DNA of 24,000 nucleotides from Burkholderiales bacterium. Its GTDB lineage: Bacteria > Pseudomonadota > Gammaproteobacteria > Acidiferrobacterales > Sulfurifustaceae. The stretch lies in assembly GCA_036396275.1 (NCBI GenBank), contig DASWLD010000099.1:1-24000 (forward strand). The letters run 5' to 3'. Under the pieces are notes generated by a model. That model was not told the origin of the DNA, did not search any database, and saw nothing but the letters and a program-made list of their open reading frames with translations. The position numbers were made by a program, and so were the translations under genes. This document shows positions 20,253 to 24,000 of this stretch, piece after piece. The stretch's first letter is position 1. Each line of letters opens with the position of its first letter.

Positions 20253-22832
20253 ATGGAAAAGAAAGTGGCGGCCACCGATCCCGTCTGCGGGATGTCCGTG
20301 GATCCAATGAAAGCGGCCGGACAAGCGGAGCACGAGGGCGTTCGTTACTACTTCTGCTCGACACACTGTCAGCACAAGTTTTCGGAGGCACCGGACAGGT
20401 TCATTTCGAAGGTCCCGGGGAAGACCGTAAAGGATCCGGTTTGCGGAATGACAGTGCAGCCGGCGGCCGCGGCGGCGCGAGCCGAGCACGGCGGCGCGAC
20501 GTATTACTTTTGTTCGGACCACTGCCAACACAAGTTCACCGCGAATCCGGATCGATACCTCGGCGCGTCCGCAAAGGCGCCGGACGTTTCTGCAAAGAGG
20601 GAAGGCGCCACTTACACCTGCCCGATGCATCCGGAAGTGCGCGAGCCAAAACCAGGCGCTTGCCCGGATTGCGGCATGGCGCTCGAACCGGCGGAAGTGT
20701 CGATGCCGGCGACGAAAGTCGAGTACACCTGCCCGATGCATCCGGAGATCGTGCGCGATGCGCCCGGCAGTTGTCCGATCTGCGGCATGGCGCTCGAACC
20801 GCGCACCGTGGCCGTCGCGGAAGAGGAGAACCCGGAGCTGGTCGACATGACGCGCCGCTTTTGGGTGTCGACCGCGCTCGCGATCCCGGTGTTTCTGAGC
20901 GCGATGCTCGCGGAGTTCGCACCCGATTTCATGAACGCCTTGGTTTCGCACGGTACGCGCCAATGGATCGAGTTGGTGGTCGCCACACCGGTGGTGCTTT
21001 GGGGCGGCTGGCCGTTCTTCGTACGCGGCTGGCGTTCGGTGGTGACGTGGAATCTCAACATGTTCACGTTGATCGGGCTCGGCGTCGCGGTCGCGTGGGG
21101 TTACAGCATTGTCGCGACGTTGGCGCCGGGAATTTTCCCGGATTCGGTCAAAATGCCCGGCGGCCATGTACCCGTGTACTTCGAAGCAGCCGCGGTAATT
21201 ACGGCGCTGGTGCTGCTCGGTCAGGTATTGGAGCTGCGCGCGCGTTCGCGCACCAGCGCCGCAATCAAGATGCTGCTCGGACTCGCGCCGAATACGGCGC
21301 GCATCGTGCGCGCCGACGGGCGCGAGGAAGACATACCGCTCGATCAGGTCAAACCCGGCGATACGTTGCGCGTGCGCCCGGGCGAGAAAGTGCCGGTCGA
21401 TGGGAAAGTCACCGACGGCACGAGCGCCGTGGATGAGTCCATGGTCACCGGAGAGTCGATTCCGGCAACGAAGCAAGCGGGCGACAAGCTCATTGGCGCT
21501 ACCGTCAACGGAACGGGAAGTCTACTGATGCGCGCCGAGCGCGTCGGCACCGATACGCTGCTCGCGCAAATCGTTCGCATGGTCTCGGAAGCGCAGCGCT
21601 CGCGCGCGCCCATTCAGAAGCTGGTCGATATCGTCGCCGGCTATTTCGTGCCGGCGGTCGTAATCGTCGCCGTCATCACGCTGATCGTCTGGGGCTTCTG
21701 GGGTCCCGAGCCGCGTCTGGCGCATGCCGTTATCAACGCGGTGGCGGTGCTCATTATCGCGTGCCCGTGCGCGCTGGGGCTGGCGACGCCGATGTCGATC
21801 ATGGTCGGCACCGGGCGTGGTGCGACCATGGGTGTGCTTATCAAGAATGCCGAAGCGCTCGAAGTGTTGGTCAAGGTAAATACACTTGTCGTCGACAAGA
21901 CCGGAACGCTCACCGAAGGCAAGCCGAAACTCGTGAGCGTCGAAGCCGCACCCGGCTTCGACGAAGCGACGGTACTGCGCCTGGCGGCAAGTCTCGAACG
22001 TGCGAGCGAACATCCGCTGGCGGCGGCGATCGTGCGCGGCGCCGAAGCGCGTGAACTGCGCCTGACATCGCCGACCGAGTTCGATTCGCAAACCGGCCGT
22101 GGCGTTGTCGGTCGAATCGAAAACCGCCGACTGGCGCTGGGCAATCGCAAATTGCTCGACGAGCAAGGCATCGATGCGATGGCGCTGCACACGCGCGCCG
22201 ACGTGTTGCGCGGCGAAGGCCAAACCGTGATGTACCTCGCCGTGGATGGAAAACCCGCAGGTCTGGTGGGCGTTGCCGATCCTATCAAAGAGACGACACG
22301 CGAAGCGCTCGACGTGTTGCACCGCGAAGGCGTGCAAGTCGTTATGCTGACCGGCGACAACGCTACGACCGCGCAAGCGGTGGCGAAGAAGCTCGGTATC
22401 GATCGCGTCCAAGCGGATGTACTTCCGGAGAAGAAGGCGGAGATCGTGAAGCAGCTGCAAGCCGAAGGCCGTATCGTCGCGATGGCGGGCGACGGCATCA
22501 ACGACGCGCCGGCGCTGGCGCAAGCCCAGGTGGGCATTGCGATGGGCACCGGTACCGATGTCGCCATGGAGAGCGCCGGCGTCACGCTAATCAAGGGCGA
22601 TCTGCGCGGCATCGCCCGCGCGCGGCGCCTGTCGCACGCCACCATGCGCAACATCCGCCAGAACTTGTTCTTCGCGTTTATCTACAACACGCTCGGCGTG
22701 CCGATCGCCGCCGGGTTGCTATATCCATTTTTCGGACTGCTGCTTTCGCCGATGATCGCCGCCGCGGCGATGAGCTTCAGCTCGGTATCGGTGGTAACCA
22801 ATGCGCTGCGGCTGCGGCGCGTGCGCCTGTAA
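20253..22832 (+). CDS. copA: Cu(I)-translocating P1B-1 ATPase CopA with 2x YHS/TRASH and 2x CPMHPE-type N-terminal modules
   Basis: 859 aa. N-terminal DPVCGM...YYFCS..C.HKF twice and YTCPMHPE...CP.CGMALEP twice. Core motifs [33 protein letters not shown] (TM5), MSFSSVSV (TM6). Confidence 0.95.
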   Translation: MEKKVAATDPVCGMSVDPMKAAGQAEHEGVRYYFCSTHCQHKFSEAPDRFISKVPGKTVKDPVCGMTVQPAAAAARAEHGGATYYFCSDHCQHKFTANPDRYLGASAKAPDVSAKREGATYTCPMHPEVREPKPGACPDCGMALEPAEVSMPATKVEYTCPMHPEIVRDAPGSCPICGMALEPRTVAVAEEENPELVDMTRRFWVSTALAIPVFLSAMLAEFAPDFMNALVSHGTRQWIELVVATPVVLWGGWPFFVRGWRSVVTWNLNMFTLIGLGVAVAWGYSIVATLAPGIFPDSVKMPGGHVPVYFEAAAVITALVLLGQVLELRARSRTSAAIKMLLGLAPNTARIVRADGREEDIPLDQVKPGDTLRVRPGEKVPVDGKVTDGTSAVDESMVTGESIPATKQAGDKLIGATVNGTGSLLMRAERVGTDTLLAQIVRMVSEAQRSRAPIQKLVDIVAGYFVPAVVIVAVITLIVWGFWGPEPRLAHAVINAVAVLIIACPCALGLATPMSIMVGTGRGATMGVLIKNAEALEVLVKVNTLVVDKTGTLTEGKPKLVSVEAAPGFDEATVLRLAASLERASEHPLAAAIVRGAEARELRLTSPTEFDSQTGRGVVGRIENRRLALGNRKLLDEQGIDAMALHTRADVLRGEGQTVMYLAVDGKPAGLVGVADPIKETTREALDVLHREGVQVVMLTGDNATTAQAVAKKLGIDRVQADVLPEKKAEIVKQLQAEGRIVAMAGDGINDAPALAQAQVGIAMGTGTDVAMESAGVTLIKGDLRGIARARRLSHATMRNIRQNLFFAFIYNTLGVPIAAGLLYPFFGLLLSPMIAAAAMSFSSVSVVTNALRLRRVRL

Positions 22833-22856
22833 CCGAAACAACGCGGTTATTGCCAA

Positions 22857-23108
22857 ATGAATACACCGGCTAATCCCAAAGCACCATGGTGGCGCTCGCG
22901 CAACGGGCTGGTGCTGCTCGGTTTTCTTGCTATCGCGGCTTTTTTCCTGTGGACCGAACATCAGGCACACCTGCTCGGCGCGCTGCCGTTTATTCTGCTC
23001 GCGCTGTGTCCGCTGCTGCATATCTTCGGCCACGGCGGGCACGGCGGTCACGGTGCCAACGACTCGGACGCCGAGCGGCCGCGACGGGGAGGCGATCATG
23101 AACACTGA
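22857..23108 (+). CDS. DUF2933-family small membrane protein (His-rich tail)
   Basis: 83 aa, two TM helices. LLALCPLLHIFGHGGHGGHG is typical of DUF2933. Confidence 0.75.
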   Translation: MNTPANPKAPWWRSRNGLVLLGFLAIAAFFLWTEHQAHLLGALPFILLALCPLLHIFGHGGHGGHGANDSDAERPRRGGDHEH

Positions 23109-23754
23109 GGCGGCGCCGGCTTATGGGTTGTGGTCGCTGGTCATCATCAACTCGGCGGTTTTCATTCTGTTCGCGTTCAGCTTTTTCAAGCCGCAGACCC
23201 AACGCGACTGGCGCTCCTTCGGTGCGTTCTCGGCGTTCCTGGTGGCGCTCTTCACCGAGATGTACGGTTTTCCGCTGACGATTTACTTGTTGTCGGGCTG
23301 GCTGCAGAGCCGCTTTCCCGACGTGGATTGGTTTTCGCACGACGCGGGCCATCTGCTCGAGATGCTGTTCGGCTGGAAGACGAACCCGCACTTCGGGCCG
23401 TTTCATCTCTTGAGCTTCATCCTTCTCGGCGGCGGATTTATTTTGCTGGCGAATGCGTGGCGGGTGCTCTACGACGCCCAGAAAAACCAAGTGCTCGCCA
23501 GCACGGGGCCGTACGCACGGATCCGTCATCCGCAATATGTCGGGTTCGTGCTGATCATGACGGGTTTTTTGGTGCAATGGCCGACGCTGCTGACGATCGC
23601 GATGTTTCCAGTGCTGGTTTACATGTACGTGCGGCTCGCGCGCCACGAGGAGCGCGAGGTGGAGCGCGAGTTCGGCGAAGAGTATCGCCGTTATGCCGCG
23701 CGCACGCCGGCGTTCGTTCCGCGACTGTCCGTGACGCAGACATCGCGCGGCTGA
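23098..23754 (+). CDS. Isoprenylcysteine carboxyl methyltransferase (ICMT/PEMT)-family membrane protein
   Basis: ATG 23098 inside ORF 22927..23754, with an 11-nt overlap with the DUF2933 gene. GPYARIRHPQYVGFVLIMTGF...EEREVEREFGEEYRRY. Confidence 0.88.
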   Translation: MNTEAAPAYGLWSLVIINSAVFILFAFSFFKPQTQRDWRSFGAFSAFLVALFTEMYGFPLTIYLLSGWLQSRFPDVDWFSHDAGHLLEMLFGWKTNPHFGPFHLLSFILLGGGFILLANAWRVLYDAQKNQVLASTGPYARIRHPQYVGFVLIMTGFLVQWPTLLTIAMFPVLVYMYVRLARHEEREVEREFGEEYRRYAARTPAFVPRLSVTQTSRG

Positions 23755-23825
23755 GGCGGCATGAACGCTTGCAGAAACTTTTGTGGAAGTTATTGCTTTC
23801 ATCAAGCAGTCAAAGGAGGTACGTC

Positions 23826-24000
23826 GTGAGGATAGATCAAACTCGGTGGTCAGTGCGGTTCCTAGTCGTGTTCATGCTGAGCACATTGCCGCTGTTGGCA
23901 GCGGCCCAGCAAGCGGGCGCGCCGCTGACGCCGGAACAAATGCGAGAGCAAATGATGCAGCGCGGTTATGGTCGCGGTTATGGCATGGGCCCGGGCGGCG
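23826..24000 (+). CDS. Partial (5' end) periplasmic CpxP/Spy/ZraP-like protein
   Basis: GTG 23826 with AGGAGG 6 nt upstream. The frame stays open to the window edge. Signal peptide FLVVFMLSTLPLLAAA, then PLTPEQMREQMMQRGYGRGYGMGPGG (LTxxQ-like). Confidence 0.5.
   Translation, partial: MRIDQTRWSVRFLVVFMLSTLPLLAAAQQAGAPLTPEQMREQMMQRGYGRGYGMGPGG

Noticed and set aside
20094-22654. Minus-strand ORFs of 460, 333 and 337 aa inside copA
   Set aside because: Antisense shadows of a canonical CopA, with no motifs.

Overview
GC-rich, proteobacterial-type Hg/Cu resistance island; no rRNA, tRNA or CRISPR seen. Left end: divergent merR / merT-merP with a canonical 19-bp-spacer merO/P. An unusual ~200-nt AT-rich palindromic spacer splits merT from merP, and merA is not in the window. 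An IS110-family element (IS1111-like layout, 14-bp perfect inverted repeats, about 1438-2827) sits inside a REP-like palindrome. From 2996 to the right edge about 30 genes all lie on the + strand. (1) A MerR-type promoter drives an atypical P1B ATPase (YPC instead of CPC; HMA domains at both termini), an unknown anchored periplasmic protein, a mini-thioredoxin, a CcdA-like protein with CPFC, and a CueR-like regulator. (2) A tightly overlapping periplasmic copper/thiol-redox operon: SCO1, BNR propeller, cytochrome c, DsbA-like, a membrane protein with a MerC-like GCAAC motif, CopG/DUF411, a Cys-rich DUF2933-like protein, a cytochrome c fusion, DsbE/CcmG, TlpA. (3) A Tat multicopper oxidase with a Met/Gly-rich insert, an orphan bufferin-like DUF2282 precursor (no MNIO/DUF2063 nearby) and a split DsbD (separate alpha and beta genes). 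(4) An AhpD/CMD-like protein, a CC-motif membrane protein with a secreted partner, CopA with 2x YHS + 2x CPMHPE N-terminal modules, DUF2933 + ICMT-like methyltransferase, and a partial CpxP/Spy-like gene at the edge. Most interesting: the orphan bufferin-like peptide between the MCO and split DsbD, the YPC ATPase operon, the ten-gene coupled periplasmic operon, the IS with a probable bridge RNA, and the structured merT-merP spacer.
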